Shown here piece after piece: positions 1 through 16,299 of a stretch of DNA of 64,000 bases. Origin of the DNA: Selaginella moellendorffii. Taxonomy: Eukaryota; Plantae; Lycopodiophyta. Position 1 is the stretch's first letter, and the number at the start of each line of letters is the position of its first letter. The position numbers were made by a program, and so were the translations under genes. The DNA is taken from NCBI RefSeq assembly GCF_000143415.4, contig NW_003314291.1, positions 883,702-947,701 on the forward strand. Reading direction: 5' to 3'. The notes beneath the pieces are model-generated. The model made no database searches. It was given only the letters and a program-made list of their open reading frames with translations, and was not told where the DNA came from.

Positions 1-295
1 GAAGTTTGTTTTGATTTAAGCTGGTTGAACTTATCCTCCAGAGCGTGTATCTCACTTCTTTGAGCGTCAAGCTTCTGAGCGAGTTGCTGGTTTTGGTACT
101 GAAGCATTCCCGGGTCCGCCTATACATGCACAAAGAAGCATTAGAAAAGTAGAAAGACCAACAATAAGAAGAAGACCAAACCTTTCTCTCCTCTAAAACT
201 GGAGCCATGGGCTGCTGCTTCTTTGGCGGTGGCGAGAGAGACGTGTGATTGTTGGAATGCCTTCGCTTGCGCTCCGACTCCTCAGTGCTACCCAT
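1..295 (-). CDS. HUB1: E3 ubiquitin ligase BRE1-like (HUB1), 5' exons only; gene runs off the window start
   Basis: Manual translation: exon 295-182 MGSTEESERKRRH...PKKQQP...EERK, GT-AG intron 181-120, exon ADPGMLQYQNQQLAQKLDAQRSEIHALEDKFNQLK. Matches the recalled plant HUB1 N-terminus pattern (DRKRRH...VLQFQN.KL.QKLE.Q). Confidence 0.8.
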   Translation of the reverse strand, partial: MGSTEESERKRRHSNNHTSLSPPPKKQQPMAPVLEERKVWSSSYCWSFYFSNASLCMYRRTRECFSTKTSNSLRSLTLKEVRYTLWRISSTSLNQNKL

Positions 296-1234
296 TCGGC
301 TCCCACTACCCCTACTGGTACCTGCGTTGCTCGGACTGGCGGCGCTACTCCTCCAAGCAGCCTCATCAATCGCCAGTGGCGACTTGGCCACCGACGACCG
401 AAGCGCTTCCACAGACGGCTCCAGGGCGGCGAAAGCGAGACAAGATTTCGACAGTCTCCTCAAGCGCCATACCCTACCTCAAGCCCTAGCTATGGCGCCG
501 CAGCGCCATGCCGCCGGCGACTACTCCGGGCAAAGCGCCATTCCCGTGCCGGAGCGCTGCCCTAGGGTCGGAATGGCTATGGCGCCGCCGCCGCCCAACC
601 AGTACAGATGGAAAATGAATGAAGGAAAGAATTCCAATCCCCTCTAAGTCTCTGCTTGCATGAATTGCCCGCCCGTCATGCGCCGTTGATCTGCGGGCAT
701 CCAACACTCACAAACGCGCCACGACAAATGTGAAGGACTTTGAAGGGCGTTACCGGCAATGCTTCTATTTCCATTCCAGAATGAACTATGCCCTCCATCG
801 CCGGAGAGATTTTTCTGGCAGCCACGTGGCACAACCCTCGCGGTCCAAATTAGGTTACGCGTTTCCCAGATTGCAGCCGCTAGCTCCAACGGTCCCGATT
901 CGCGGGAGCCATCGTTTATATAGACCATCGGGGATTAGGGTTCTTCGTGGTCTGTGATGATCTCTCTTGTGGCGAGTTGCGAGTAGAGACGATGCCTTGC
1001 TTCGCGCAAGGGAACCCATTCATCTCCTCGCATCTCTGTGAATCGCCCATCCTCTATTTCTGAGACCCTAAAATCTCCTTTGTGGAATTCGATTTTTTTT
1101 CTCACGGACAGATGATGAATCCATGTAAGGTCTCGTTCGTCTGAGTGAAAAGCTCTCGCGCTTTTCCTGACGACAACGATTTATATCACCACCCATAGAC
1201 TGATGTCCGCGTTTTTTCGATCTAGATTTCGCTC

Positions 1235-1827
1235 TCACACCTCGACATTCTCCTTGGCCGTTGTCTTCTTCACTGCTTCGGTTTCTTCCGAGGATCCGGG
1301 AACTTTTTCTTCTTCCTCGGCGGATTTCTTCGCTGTGAGCTCGGTCTGGAATTCGTCCGCTGCCTGCCCATGACAACAAAACCAAATGAGGCCGCGAGAT
1401 TCACGAAAAGATCTCTTTTTTACTTGTTGGAAGCTCTTGACAGTCTTGCCGAGGCTCTTCCCAATCTCTGGGAGCTTCTTGGGCCCAAAAACCAGCGCCG
1501 CCACTCCGGCGATCACGACGAGCTCGGGCACGCCAAGCCCAAACAGCGCCATCACTCTGGCAGTCCGTCTCGTTGCTAGCATCGAATTGCCGCTCCGCGC
1601 TCTCAGCCGCAGCACGCCATCGCCAAAAACCTCACGAGACGTCAACGAAGCTCCTGCGCCATGACAATCCAATTCGAATCCTTCGTTTCATCCAATCGTC
1701 TCGGATCGAATTTACCTGGAACAAATGCGCTCGCTGCCGCATTGCATCGCGCCGCTGACGGCAATGGCGTGCTCCTCGCGATCGCAGCGGCAGGCCGGGC
1801 TTGGATTGGCAACACCGCCATCGCCAT
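1235..1827 (-). CDS. TATA: Chloroplast twin-arginine translocase subunit TatA/Tha4 (exons 1827-1716, 1653-1424, 1363-1235)
   Basis: LFGLGVPELVVIAGVAALVFGPKKLPEIGKSLGKTVKSFQQAADEF signature; Ala/Ser/Arg-rich transit peptide; canonical splice sites keep the frame. Confidence 0.93.
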
Positions 1828-1905
1828 CGCTAAAACCCTAGAATATTATCCCCGCGCCATTAGACCGCCATGAGGAGGAGAGAAAACGCTACACATGGAA
1901 CACGA

Positions 1906-1988
1906 GCTAGCTTGCCCGAGAGGTCCAAGGGGGGTGACTTAAGATCACCTGCACGTAGTGCGCGTGGGTTCGAACCCCACAGCTAGCA
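1906..1988 (+). tRNA. tRNA-Leu(UAA)
   Basis: Acceptor stem GCTAGCT/AGCTAGC; anticodon arm GGTGA-CT-TAA-GA-TCACC; long variable arm; T-arm GTGGG-TTCGAAC-CCCAC; TTTT just downstream. Confidence 0.93.
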
Positions 1989-2134
1989 AGATTTTGGAAA
2001 TTTGTCTCCCGCGAATCGATCACAAAACCTCCTTACTCACAGGTTCCTCTCCCGCGAATCGATCGCAAGACCTCCTTCACTATTCCAACGAATAGATTTG
2101 AGGAGCATTTTCAATGTGACTAGGGTTGGCGGGA

Positions 2135-5602
<3,468 letters not shown>

Positions 5603-5691
5603 TGTATAATGTATAGGGGCCATTGTTTACTTACTATCACAGTGGAGAAAAATTGGTTTGTATGGTTTGGTTTTGATTGATTAGCATGGTT

Positions 5692-5775
5692 CCGACCTTA
5701 GCTCAGTTGGTAGAGCGGAGGACTGTAGTGCTCACAGACATCCTTAGGTCGCTGGTTCGATTCCGGCAGGTCGGA
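5692..5775 (+). tRNA. tRNA-Tyr(GUA) with 11-nt intron (5729-5739)
   Basis: CCGACCTTAGCTCAGTTGGTAGAGCGGAGGACTGTAG-[TGCTCACAGAC]-ATCCTTAGGTCGCTGGTTCGATTCCGGCAGGTCGGA, followed by an oligo-T terminator; typical plant nuclear tRNA-Tyr. Confidence 0.96.
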
Positions 5776-6057
5776 CACTTCTTTTTTTTCGCTCCTCTGT
5801 AAAGCTTTGATCCACGCCTTGTGTTTTTTTTCTTGGTGTGGCTATATTTCATTTTGGGAGGGAGAGAGCGCGAGCGTTTCGTGGCGGCCAAATGCAAGAA
5901 CGATCTTCCTCTTCCTCGTCTTCGTCTTCGCGCTGGTGTTGTGGAGCCGCTTCCGCCGCTAGAGAGGAAGATCACGAATCAGGTGAGGCATTCTTTCTTC
6001 CGGATCGCGCTGTTCTTGTTCTTGATCTCGGCTTTCTTGCTCGAATTCTTGCCAGAC

Positions 6058-7401
6058 ATGGCGGCGGCGCAGTCGCAGAAGTGGAGCTACTTCTCTAACA
6101 AACCGCAGTGAGTGGTAGTGTGGATTTGTGAGCGCTCCCAGCTAGCGGCATTTCCTTTCCCTTGGATTTCTTCCTCTCCTCTTTCTTTCTCCTCTCGAAA
6201 TATCCCAGCGCGGGGCTTGCTAGAGCGGAAATCTCTCCTCTTTCTCCCTGTGTGTGCTTCGTTTTGCAAGAAATTCTCGCGGACTGACTAAAATGGGTGG
6301 ATCTGCATTGGAATCGCTGGGCAAAAGCCTCAAAGAGACGCTCCACAAGGCCTCCTCGGACAGCGACAAGCGGCGGCTCACGGCGGACATGCAGAAGCTA
6401 GTGTGGGCGCAGCAGCGCCAGGAGCCAGCGGCGCCGCCACCGCCACCGCCAGGAACCACCGACGCCGCCAGCGATCCCGACCAAAACGACGAGATGGTTA
6501 AGGCGGTGGACACCATCCAGGCCAAGGAGGAGGAGATCGAGAAGCGCAAGGCCGAGGTCCACCAGAGGGTCCAGGCAAAGCTTAGCAAAGTGGAGCTGGA
6601 AGCTCGCAGCTTGGACAACCTCCGCCGGGTAAGAAAGCTGGAAATCCTCTCTTCCTTCTCTTCGTCACTCTTCTACTCTTCTCGGAGTTGGAAAAGTTCT
6701 AAAGTTCTTCATACTCTTCTACTCTAGAAAGCTGGAAATCCTCTCTTTCTCCTCTTCGTTTGTTCTAAAGTCCTCAAGTTTTCATACTCTTCTACTCTTC
6801 TTGGAGCTGGAAAAGTTCTAAAGTTTTTCATACTCTTCTAGAAAGCTGGAAATCCTCTCTTCCTTCTCTTCGTTCGTTCTAAAGTCCTCAAGTTTTCATA
6901 CTCTTCTACGCTTCTAGGAGTTGGAAAAGTTCTACAGTTCTCTAACTCTTGGGACTTTTTTCTTCCAGGAGTTGGAAAATCTCGAGGATCCGACGAGGAA
7001 GGAAGTCGGGGAGATCCGCAAGAAGATTGAGGCGGTGGACCGGGAGCTCAAGCCGCTCAAGCAGCAGTTTGACAAGAAGGTACTCGTTTCCTCCCTTCCT
7101 TTTCTTGCTCCTTGTGTGCGCTTGGTTTGCCGAGGATCCATGCTACAATGTGTGCAGGAAAAGGAGTTTAAAGATGCCTCCAAGGCCCTCGACGACAAGG
7201 TGAAGCTCAAGGCCTCGCTCGTGAGCAAATTGATGGAGGTAAAGTTCTTGGTTGTCTCTTCTCACAACTTTTACAAGCCCGAGCTCGTTCTTCCAGGTTG
7301 TGACCGAGAGCGAGGCCGTGAGGATGAAGAAGCTCAACGAGCTCTCCAAGAGCTTCGATGATATGGACACCGCCGCGCTCGTTGCCAGTGGTGGAGCTTG
7401 A
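6058..7401 (+). CDS. Coiled-coil protein, DUF662 / RAB6-interacting golgin-like family
   Basis: EEEIEKRKAEV...ELENLEDPTRKEVGEIRKKIEAVDRELKPL...ESEAVRMKKLNELSK. A short first exon (MAAAQSQKWSYFSNKP) splices in frame at ~6271; alternative start at 6293. Confidence 0.8.
6632..6945 (+). repeat. Intronic tandem repeat, ~3 units of ~95-115 bp
   Basis: AGAAAGCTGGAAATCCTCTCTT recurs at ~6632, ~6726 and ~6840, along with repeated GGAAAAGTTCTA and TTCATACTCTTCTA blocks. Confidence 0.85.
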
Positions 7402-7463
7402 GATCCACTCTCGAGCTCGCAAATCCACGAACTCACAACAAACACTTCACAGGTGAAGATACT

Positions 7464-7485
7464 ACACACACACACACACACACAC
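7464..7485. repeat. (AC)n microsatellite
   Basis: About 11 AC units. Confidence 0.9.
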
Positions 7486-7787
7486 TTACTCGTCGCAAAT
7501 TCCTTCCTTTTTTTCTCGCTTTCACTTCTCCTTGCTTTGGCGGATTACATACATAGCTCGTGATCAAGATCAAGAAAAAAAAAAGAAAAAAAAAAGAAAA
7601 AAGCCGCAGCGATTTTGTTGGTGTTTTCCTTTTTGTGATACGGAGCCTGGCTGCACTCCTCCTTTCGCGTCTGTGACACACAAACTTTATCATACAGTAA
7701 GAAAGAAATGCCCAGACGTTTCCAAAGTGTGGATTTTTTTGTTTCTTCCTTGTCACTGGAATGGAATCTAGCTTTGCTTGGATGGAG

Positions 7788-7940
7788 ATAGATCCTTGCT
7801 ATGTTCTTCAGTCTAGTTTTGGATCTTATCTTCCAACTTTCCTGGAGAGCTGGAGATCCTTGCTATGTTCTTCAGTCTAGTTTTGGAAGATAGATCGTTG
7901 CTATGTTCTTCAGCCTAGTTTGATCTTATCTTCCAACTTT
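7788..7940 (+). repeat. Short tandem repeat between the convergent DUF662 and RPB8 3' ends
   Basis: GATCCTTGCTATGTTCTTCAGTCTAGTTTTG occurs 3x with variants; GATCTTATCTTCCAACTTT occurs 2x. Confidence 0.85.
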
Positions 7941-7997
7941 TATGGATTAAGTTTGCTCGATTCTTCCTGGAGAGTTTAACAAAGAGCTAGAGAGAAT

Positions 7998-8857
7998 TCA
8001 TTTGACCTTCCTGAGTAGCACGTAGAGGCGCTGATCCATTTGCAGCTCGTTAAGATGCTGTGGATCTCCCTTGAGTTTCATCAGCAATCCCCCAAACGAC
8101 ACATAAATGTCTCTGATCGAGCGAAGATTCGAGAGAGGTTTAAACAAAAGAAGGAAAAGTACGCTGGAAATACGTACACTTTGAGAGCGCCCGTGCTGTG
8201 GTCGTCGCTATACTTGTAGAGCTTACCGTACATGACGTAGTCGTAGCGATCCGCGAGCGACCTCTTGCCACTCTAAAGCAAAGCGAAGAAAGAGATATAA
8301 AAAAGGTGAAAAGCTGGGAATGGATGGAATGGAATTGAAAGCTACGCTAACTGGATCAATCAATCGAGTGCTGGGCTTTGGCGGATTTGGCTCTTTTCTT
8401 GCGTGATCTTGGGTTGTTTGAATCAAAGTTGTGGACCACCGAGGGAAAAAAAAGGGAATTTTTTTTGCATACCTGATCAAGCACGCCTTCGTCGGGCGTG
8501 CCATCCAGGCTGAGCGTCGGCGCCAAAGCCATGGTGAATTTTTCGTCCCTGTGGAGAGGGTACACATCGCAGTTGACATCCAGGAGCAAATGCATGTCGA
8601 ATTGCTCGCTGTGTGCCTCGATCCTCGACACTGCGCACCACCGAAAAAGAGCACCCAAAGGATTAGTTTTTGTTCTTGTGGATCGTTCTCCAAAAAACGC
8701 TTTTTTGTAACGGAGAACACTCGCAACTAGGAGAGAAGTTTGAGAGATTCGACGAGGGAATGATTAGAGGAAGAAGGGACTTTCCTTTGTCGAATTTCTT
8801 GCCGTCCGGGTCGATGTCGGTGACCCGGAAGATGTCCTCGAGGAGCAAGGTCGCCAT
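7998..8857 (-). CDS. RPB8: RNA polymerase I/II/III common subunit RPB8 (RPABC3)
   Basis: [30 protein letters not shown]...[10 protein letters not shown]...[16 protein letters not shown]...[15 protein letters not shown]...LYVLLRKVK*. The first intron has a GA donor (see findings). Confidence 0.95.
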
Positions 8858-9168
8858 AGCTCTCTCTCCAGAAAGCTTTGAGAAAAACTTTGAGAAAACC
8901 ACCACCCTTTGAGAAAAAAAACTTTGCTTTGTTTGCAAACTCGGAATGTAGGCTCTCGCTATATCTAGAAAAGAGTGTTTGGAAGATTTTAGAAAAGTTA
9001 ACGCTGATATCTCGCTCGATCACACACAAAATTCTAGTAAAAAAGAGATTTTTACAGAAGTTTTCTCGGTTTTCTTTTTTCTCTCAATCACAAAACTAAC
9101 TTAAAGTATCTTCCTTTCTGCATCTGTACATAAGAATCGCGTGCTAAACTATAACTATCAAAGGACGA

Positions 9169-11535
9169 TCATACCGCAGCTGGTGTTTGGCTGCTCGCTT
9201 GCGAGTAGACAAGCAAAGATTTGATGAAGTTCTCGTACCTCCGGCGGAAAGTTGGGAATCTGGATACGCTGGTGGAAATTCCTTGAATCCTGGGAAACAA
9301 AACACGTAAAAGCGTGTGAGTCCCAAGTACAAAAAGAGATTTTGGAAGAGATATCTTGAGAACTCTGCGAGCTAGAGTTACCTTCTGCTGAGAGCTTCTA
9401 GCTCTCCTTTGCGAACGTTGTCTTGCGGTGCAATGGCTCCATTGTCCCACTCGGCGTCGCTGCTCAGGAGCGTCAGCTTTTCCAAGTATCGCTCCTCGCT
9501 GGGATGGAGCTTGGCCGCTCGGATTTGCTCTTTGAGTACCAGGAGCGGCTCGAAGAACCAATCCAGCAGTCGGTCCTCGGGACGATTGAAGACTGTCAGC
9601 TCCAAGCCACTATCTGCGGCAAGTTTTCATTAGTTCTAACCGAAGAAAGAGATCTCCCTCCCAAACTTACACAAAACTAAGCCTGTGGAGCTCGACTTGG
9701 CTGAGAAGATGAGGTTCATGAGCAAAGAATACGCCGGCAACTTCACGGCTATGAGCTTGTTCTTGGACTTGTCACTCAGGTACTCTTCCAGGTCCGAGGT
9801 CTTGAGGACTCCCTTGTGAATCAAATCTTTGCTGTGCTCGCAGCACGACTTAAACATATGTTCCCAGACCTGTCAAACTAGTGTCAAAAGCTGGAAAAGA
9901 AAAATGAGTATGGAGTTTCTACCTGGACCATCTTCACATCTTGTATACTTCGCTTGAGAGATTTCGACGCGGAGAGCTGGGGGATGATCATCCCAGCTTC
10001 GGAAGGCTTTTGTTCCGGAGCTGGCTGCTTGGCCACTGCCTTCTGGGAGTGGCCCTTCTCTGGATCTGGAAGTACATCTTCAGCTTTGGAGACCCGTGAG
10101 CTATAGCTCGGCCTGACATAACATCGATCGTTTGGCAAGAATGGTTAATAGAAACAATAACTACCTGGGAAGACACGATCCTTCTCTAAGATAAAGCACG
10201 TCATTTGTTTGCTCGTCAAACTCCGCACCCATAGCCACTATATAAGCCAAGCCAGACTTGAATGAATTCTCCTGGAAAACAAAGAAATGTATAACTCCAC
10301 TCGACAAGCTTGGAAGAAAACAAAAGAATAGCAAACCTTGTGAACGATCACAGCAGCGTAGAGTCCCACAAAGATGCTGGTAAAAACCCCGGATACCACC
10401 GCGGCCACCACAACCAGAGGCCACAGGAGAATCGCGAGGCCAGCGAATGGAACACACACAACTTTGACGCAAGTTCCCTCCTGCGAGACGATAAGATCGT
10501 CCAGCAAACGCTCCCAGCCTTTTACAAGCATGAACGGGCTTTTGATGAGCGAGATGATCGCAAAGAGAGGGACGTCCACCATAACTCCAAGAACAGCAGC
10601 GACAAAACACGTTGGGATCTCGAGCAGCCTGCTAGAAATTTGTAAGTTTGATACTAAAAACAAACCTCGAGAGTGGGACCAACCTGATGTTATATGGGCC
10701 ATCGATCGCCTCTCCATCGCGAAAGTCTGCAATATAAGCAGGACACGAGTGATAACACCAGTCCGTAAAATCGCGTACTACTGTGCAGCTTCCTTTGACA
10801 GTGCTAAAGCTTCCATCCTGGAAAAGCAGCAAAGTCAAGATAAACAGGGAAAAAAAATGGATAGAAAACGAAAACAAAGTCAGAAGAGGTGGGAGTTTTG
10901 TGGATATGAAACTGACACTCTACCTTACCAGGATGCAGGAGCGAGCTTTGTTCGTTCTTCCCTGGCTGACGGCCTCGAAAGTTGCCACCAGCGGCGTGAA
11001 GAAACCATATCCCAATCCAGTGAGAACGCTGCCGCAAATCACAGCTGCTGGCCACAGCACGAGAGGTAATGGAGCACACAAAGCTGCTACGAGTTTCAAT
11101 AACAATCCCAGCTTTCTGGTCCTGGAAAAAACAATGAAGCAGAAAAACAAACAAAGAAAGTTCTTTCAATGAATGATCTTAAGCTACAAACTTGAGCTCG
11201 ACTTACTTGATGATGCTTTCATAAATCCAGTAAACAAATGCTGGCCAGAGAGCGAGAGCAACTGTCACATTGCCCACGAAAATGATAGCCAGTGCCAAAG
11301 GAGCGATTAGAATTCCTGCGAAAAACAGGTTGGTTCCACTTTCTCTTGCTCTTTTCTTGCCAAGAAAGCTAAACTAGCTCGAGAGTTTCTCAGATCCACC
11401 AAGAAAACGAAAGACCCAAAGCAACGAATTCCACTCACCTTTGCCAATCCCCACAAAGAAAAGGAGGAGAAAAAGCGGTACGAAGAGAACAAAGCTCCAA
11501 ACAGCAGCGCCCACGTCCACCCAAGACTGTGCCAT
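9169..11535 (-). CDS. Plant membrane protein of the At3g27390 family, multi-exon
   Basis: Hydrophobic N-half (VLWPAAVICGSVLTGLGYGFFTPLVATFEAV; LIKSPFMLVKGWERLLDDLI...CVPFAGLAILLWPLVV) and C-terminal NRPEDRLLDWFFEPLLVLKEQI...QGISTSVSRFPTFRRRY. Confidence 0.8.
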
Positions 11536-11864
11536 GGCGCCCGCCTCGCTCGCTCGCTCGCTCGCTTCCCCCTAAATTTTTTCTATCTCTCACAATCAAT
11601 CAATTATCCTACCTAAGGCCAAAACCAGACAAGGAATTCTTTCTTCCATGTGTGTGTACAGCTTTCATGGACAAAGTCCCGTGTTCGTGGATACAAGACC
11701 TTCTCTTTAAAGAAAAGAAGAAATGCTTCACTCGACACTCAACACTTCCACTGATATAAGTACGAAACTTCGTTTTTGAGAAGCTCAAAGACACCATCTC
11801 AAGTCAACTTGATTCACAGCCAAAAAGCCCTCTTTTTTTCTTTTTTTTTTTCTTTTTTCGCTCG

Positions 11865-12622
11865 TCAGGGAGTCTTGAGCAGTGATCTGAGCTTGTTTAG
11901 CGCATCGCCCGCCACGACTCGAGCTTCACTGCTTGTGTCCACCGTGACAACGTCGTGTTCTTGCTGGTCTCCCACTTCCAAAAGAGCTAGCTGCGACTTT
12001 AGCAGCGAGGGTGGCATGTAGTGACCACCGGCTTTGAATCGAGACTCCACTCTCGCGGTGATCAAGTCCGACACTCTGAGATAGACGAACACCACCCGGC
12101 TTTTCTCCCTCGTCTTCCTCTCTCTTTCGTCACTGGCTCCGCGGAGGATGTCACGGTATGAACTTTTCAACGCCGAGCACGCCAAAACCACTGGTTTTTC
12201 CTCCACCAAGTAGGCTGCGAGGAGATCCCTGAGCTTCTCCAGCCACGGAAGACGATCGGAGTCGGATAGAGGGATCCCGCTTCTCATCTTTTCTGGAACA
12301 CAGAAGATCAGTGAGAGGAAATGAATTGATTTGCGGGAAGTCAGCCACCACCTATACTGTTTCCAGAGTGATAGTCGTCCGCATCGAGGAACTCACACCC
12401 AAGTTTCTCGGCAATCAGCCTTCCAATCGTCCTGCGACGCACAGAAAATTTTGGAAAAAATTTCAAGTCGAAGATCCAATCCTCTTACGTTTTGCCTGAT
12501 CCAGAGACGCCAAAAACCACGATTCCGAGGCCTAGAGAAAAGTTTTAGGAGCTATGTGAAAGCTTAAGTTTCTGCTGCTTACCTGGAGATGAATCGAAAG
12601 CGCACTTGCTCGTAGCCGCCAT
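11865..12622 (-). CDS. GNTK: Gluconokinase (GntK/IdnK type), 4 exons
   Basis: VVFGVSGSGKTTIG Walker A, FLDADDYH, MRSGIPLSDSDRLPWL, VLACSALKSSYR, GHYMPPSLLKSQL. Confidence 0.93.
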
Positions 12623-12744
12623 AGCTTGTGGAGCTATACGACACGAAACCTATGGAATGTTCCATGAACCAACGATCGAAACGAAAAGAGAAAACAAAAA
12701 GAAAGCGTAGCTTCCGTAATCTGGGGTTATTTTAGTCAATCGCT

Positions 12745-14891
12745 TCAAAGAATGATCTCTTCATGAACACTTCGGTTGAGTGTCTTGTGAGAGAGAACTA
12801 TGCAGTTGATCACCACGACCTCATCCTCTACAGAAACACCCTCGCCTGGAATAATCAAACGTTAGACTTGTCCACCAGAAGAAATTCTCATGTTCTCACC
12901 CAAAATTGTAATGCCCAACTTTGTAGTGTAGTCTCCGCCACCCTGTTATCTCCCGGTAGGCTCTACACAAGAATAATTAAAAAGGTCTTTTACCTGTACA
13001 CGAGCCCATCTTCCAAGCGAGGACTTCCATCCAATAATCGCATTCATGACCACCGCATTTTCCTACAACCAGAAGATAAGAGAATGTTTCTTTAACGGTA
13101 GAAATCATAAAGGTTTTACCTCTATCTCGACATCGTCAAGGATTATGCAGCCGATAAGCCTCACACCTGGTCCGATGCGAGCATTCGCAGAAATGGAAAC
13201 GTTTGGACCAATCTACAAACACGGAAAAACAAAAAAAAAACAAGCCAAAGTTCCTCAAGTTTTCTCTAGAAAAGACTCGTGTTACCTTCGCAGAGGGATG
13301 AGTTTTCGCGGAGGGATGGATGTAAACATCGCCGGAAACAATAGCACCTTTGCTGTCGCTCTTCGCAAGCAAGTGTGGAGAAGTAGTTCGATACTGTCCA
13401 AGGTACAGAGCCGAGCATCTTAGCGAAATCCTGGAGTTAGAAAAGTTTGACAACGAAAAGCAAGTTGAGAAAGCGAATAACAAAAACAAAAAACGATCCA
13501 CTCACCCTGGAACTTTGATCTGTTCCCAGAAATCTTGAGTTTCATAAGCGTACAGCTTCTTCTTTCCAGCTAGCGGTGTCAGAATGTCTTGGTCCAAGCG
13601 AATGAAGTCTGCCGACAATGTCCTGCATCACACAGAAATCTTTTTTAATAGAGTGTTTCTCGATCCGTTAACGTACTTGGTAGCGGACTGAAGGGCTTCA
13701 AAGCTTGTAAGTCGACGAAGAACAGCTGCACAAAGACCAAGCATTCAGTGTGGGAAAAATAGTCTCCAGGCAAACCTCTATCATGGCGTGCCGATTTAAC
13801 GTCTTGAATCGCGATGAAAATCTCGGGGCTAAAGATGTAAACGCCGCAGTTGATGAGGTCGCTTACCTGCAAGGACGAGAAGCTGAGGCTTTTGTTTCAA
13901 GAATAAGTAAGACATGGAGGCTTACGAAGGTTTCGGGCTTCTCAGCGTAGTGTAGCAATTCGCCACTGTCTGAGTCTGCTACAAGCTCGCCAAACTCGCT
14001 AGCCACTTCCGGTGACACCTGAAAACAAAGTCTCCAAGATTGTAAGGAAGCTTTTCCTCCGAAGTGGAAGCATCACGCACCTTTTTCACTAAGATAGTTC
14101 CCATGCCTCCACATTTGCGATGGAAAGCTGGCAGAACGAAAAAAACTTAGACAGCGAAAAGCTCCAGACTCTTTACTCTTACCCAGCATGTCCGTGAGAG
14201 GGAAGCTACAACATACATCGCAATTCAGTACTATAATGTCTGTCTGCAAGAAAGAAAACGAAAAACAAGAAGAAGAAAAAACAGTCATCCAGTTAACGAG
14301 ACATGTAAACTCTTACAGGGTCTTCTTCCAAAATTAAGTCCCGGAACTGATACAAGCCACCGGCAGAGCCGTGGGGCTTATCTTCCTTGAGATATCTACA
14401 AGAACACAAAAAGTTGTCAAGAAGAAAACAAACTTGACGAAGAAGAGTGGAGTTTTACAATTCACCTTACAGGAACCTTTAGTTCGTTCGAGAGCGCGGA
14501 CGTATACAAGGCAAATTCCCTGTCCTCGTAGAATCCTATCAAGTAAATGTGTGCCAAATTCTCAATCTGAAAAGCGGAAGAACAAAGAAAACAAAGAAGA
14601 GAAAAGTTTTAGCTGCACCAATATCACGAAGAACAAGTCTTAAGTTCAAAGGAAAAAAACCTTTTTGCAAGCGAGAATCGGGTGCTGGACCATGGGCTGT
14701 CCAGCCAGCGGGAAGAGCGGTTTAGCGACATTGAGAGACAATGGCCGGAATCGAGTTCCTGGAGATAGAACCACACCAATTCACCGGAAAAATCCACTTG
14801 GAAACTCCACCAAACCAAAAATAAATTTCATACCTTTAGTTGGCCCTCCCACGAGTATCACTGCCACAACCTTCTGTGATTCCTCGCTCAT
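12745..14891 (-). CDS. Mannose-1-phosphate guanylyltransferase alpha (GMPPA / KONJAC-like), multi-exon
   Basis: [59 protein letters not shown], left-handed beta-helix region and C-terminal EIIL*. Confidence 0.92.
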
Positions 14892-16299
14892 TTCGATGAT
14901 TCGAAAGCAAAAGAAAAAACACTCGAGGAGAAATTCGTGCCGCTCACACGCAACCCACAAGCAAAGCGAGCCTCAAATCACGGGAGCTGGGCAGATCCAG
15001 ATCCAGCAATTATCCACCCGGGAGAGATCTCGCACCAATTTACCTCCACGAGATCTGTGTATGGCCACCACGCCAAAATCTCCATGTCCTTGACAACGCT
15101 CACACAGTAAAATGAGAAAAAAAAACCCCTAGGCCTAGCAGCTTGGAGTTTTAAGGTGTCCTTTAGATTTTTTATTGGCCTCCTTTAGTTGTTCCAGACA
15201 TATTCGTTGGTCCTGGGTGATCTCTCTTTAATGTTGGGTGCTGGTGTGGCTTTCCTTTCAACATCTGGTAGGAGATTTGGAAGGAGAAACTGTTCCAACG
15301 ACCTCATTCATGCAAGATCATCGCATGCTCGTTTGGTGTGTTGACCAATAATTTGGTGGGAGTCATCACAAACTCTTGGCATCGTAAGGTAAAAGACTGA
15401 CGAGTTTAGCGAGCTTGATTTGCATAGTTTAGTTCGCACCGTGTGTCTGTTACATCCACCTCTCAATTCCATTATTACTAGTTTAATTGTCATGTTGTTC
15501 TGAATGCCAAATGGACACCCCAAAAAAGTGTTCATGGTAGTCTAACAATTTTTCCTTCTTAATTTCAATGGATAACAGCCTAAGTTTCATTGAAAGGGAA
15601 AGATAGTTCTTAAATTAAATAATTAAAAAGTATGTTAAGGTTGATTGTAAAGTTAAGTTAAAACCAAAGTTATCAACTAATTATAAATATATTTTAAGTT
15701 TATAAATTTAAAATTTAAAATTTGAATATTTTTTAATAAAATATAACTTAAAGTTTCCCATATATCTTTTATAACTATTTCAATTTAATAAAATATTAAA
15801 TTATATTTTAAACACTTAATAAATATAAAAGTAATTCATCTAGTGCTAGTTAAAATAAAAGTAGTTATCCTTCTTAATATTTTAAAATATTATTTCAATG
15901 CTAAATAAAAACTGCTTATTAGCTCTAAATAATGGTATAAGTTTTTTAGTATGTTTTCTGTCAAAAAGAAATACAGCTTCATGCTAGAAAAGGTTTATCC
16001 ATAGAATGATAGTGATTTAATTGAAAATGGTAATATTTATTTTGTATAATATCTTTATTAAACAAAGAAAGTACACAATAATAAATTATTTTAAAAATTG
16101 CAAATAAATTTTATGGTGTGCATAGAGTTTTGGTATATTATCAGACATATGCTGTGATCAAGGTAAAATATCATTAAATAATTATAAGGCTGTGCGTGAA
16201 GGTCTTCCCAACGGTGTTGAGACTTTATACGAAAATCCTATAGAGCATTAAGAAAGTTGAGGAAAGAACTCGTTAAAATCTAAATAGGCTCCAGAAGGG

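Noticed and set aside
223-957. Several overlapping plus/minus ORFs upstream of HUB1
   Set aside because: GC-rich leader/promoter sequence; no recognisable protein.
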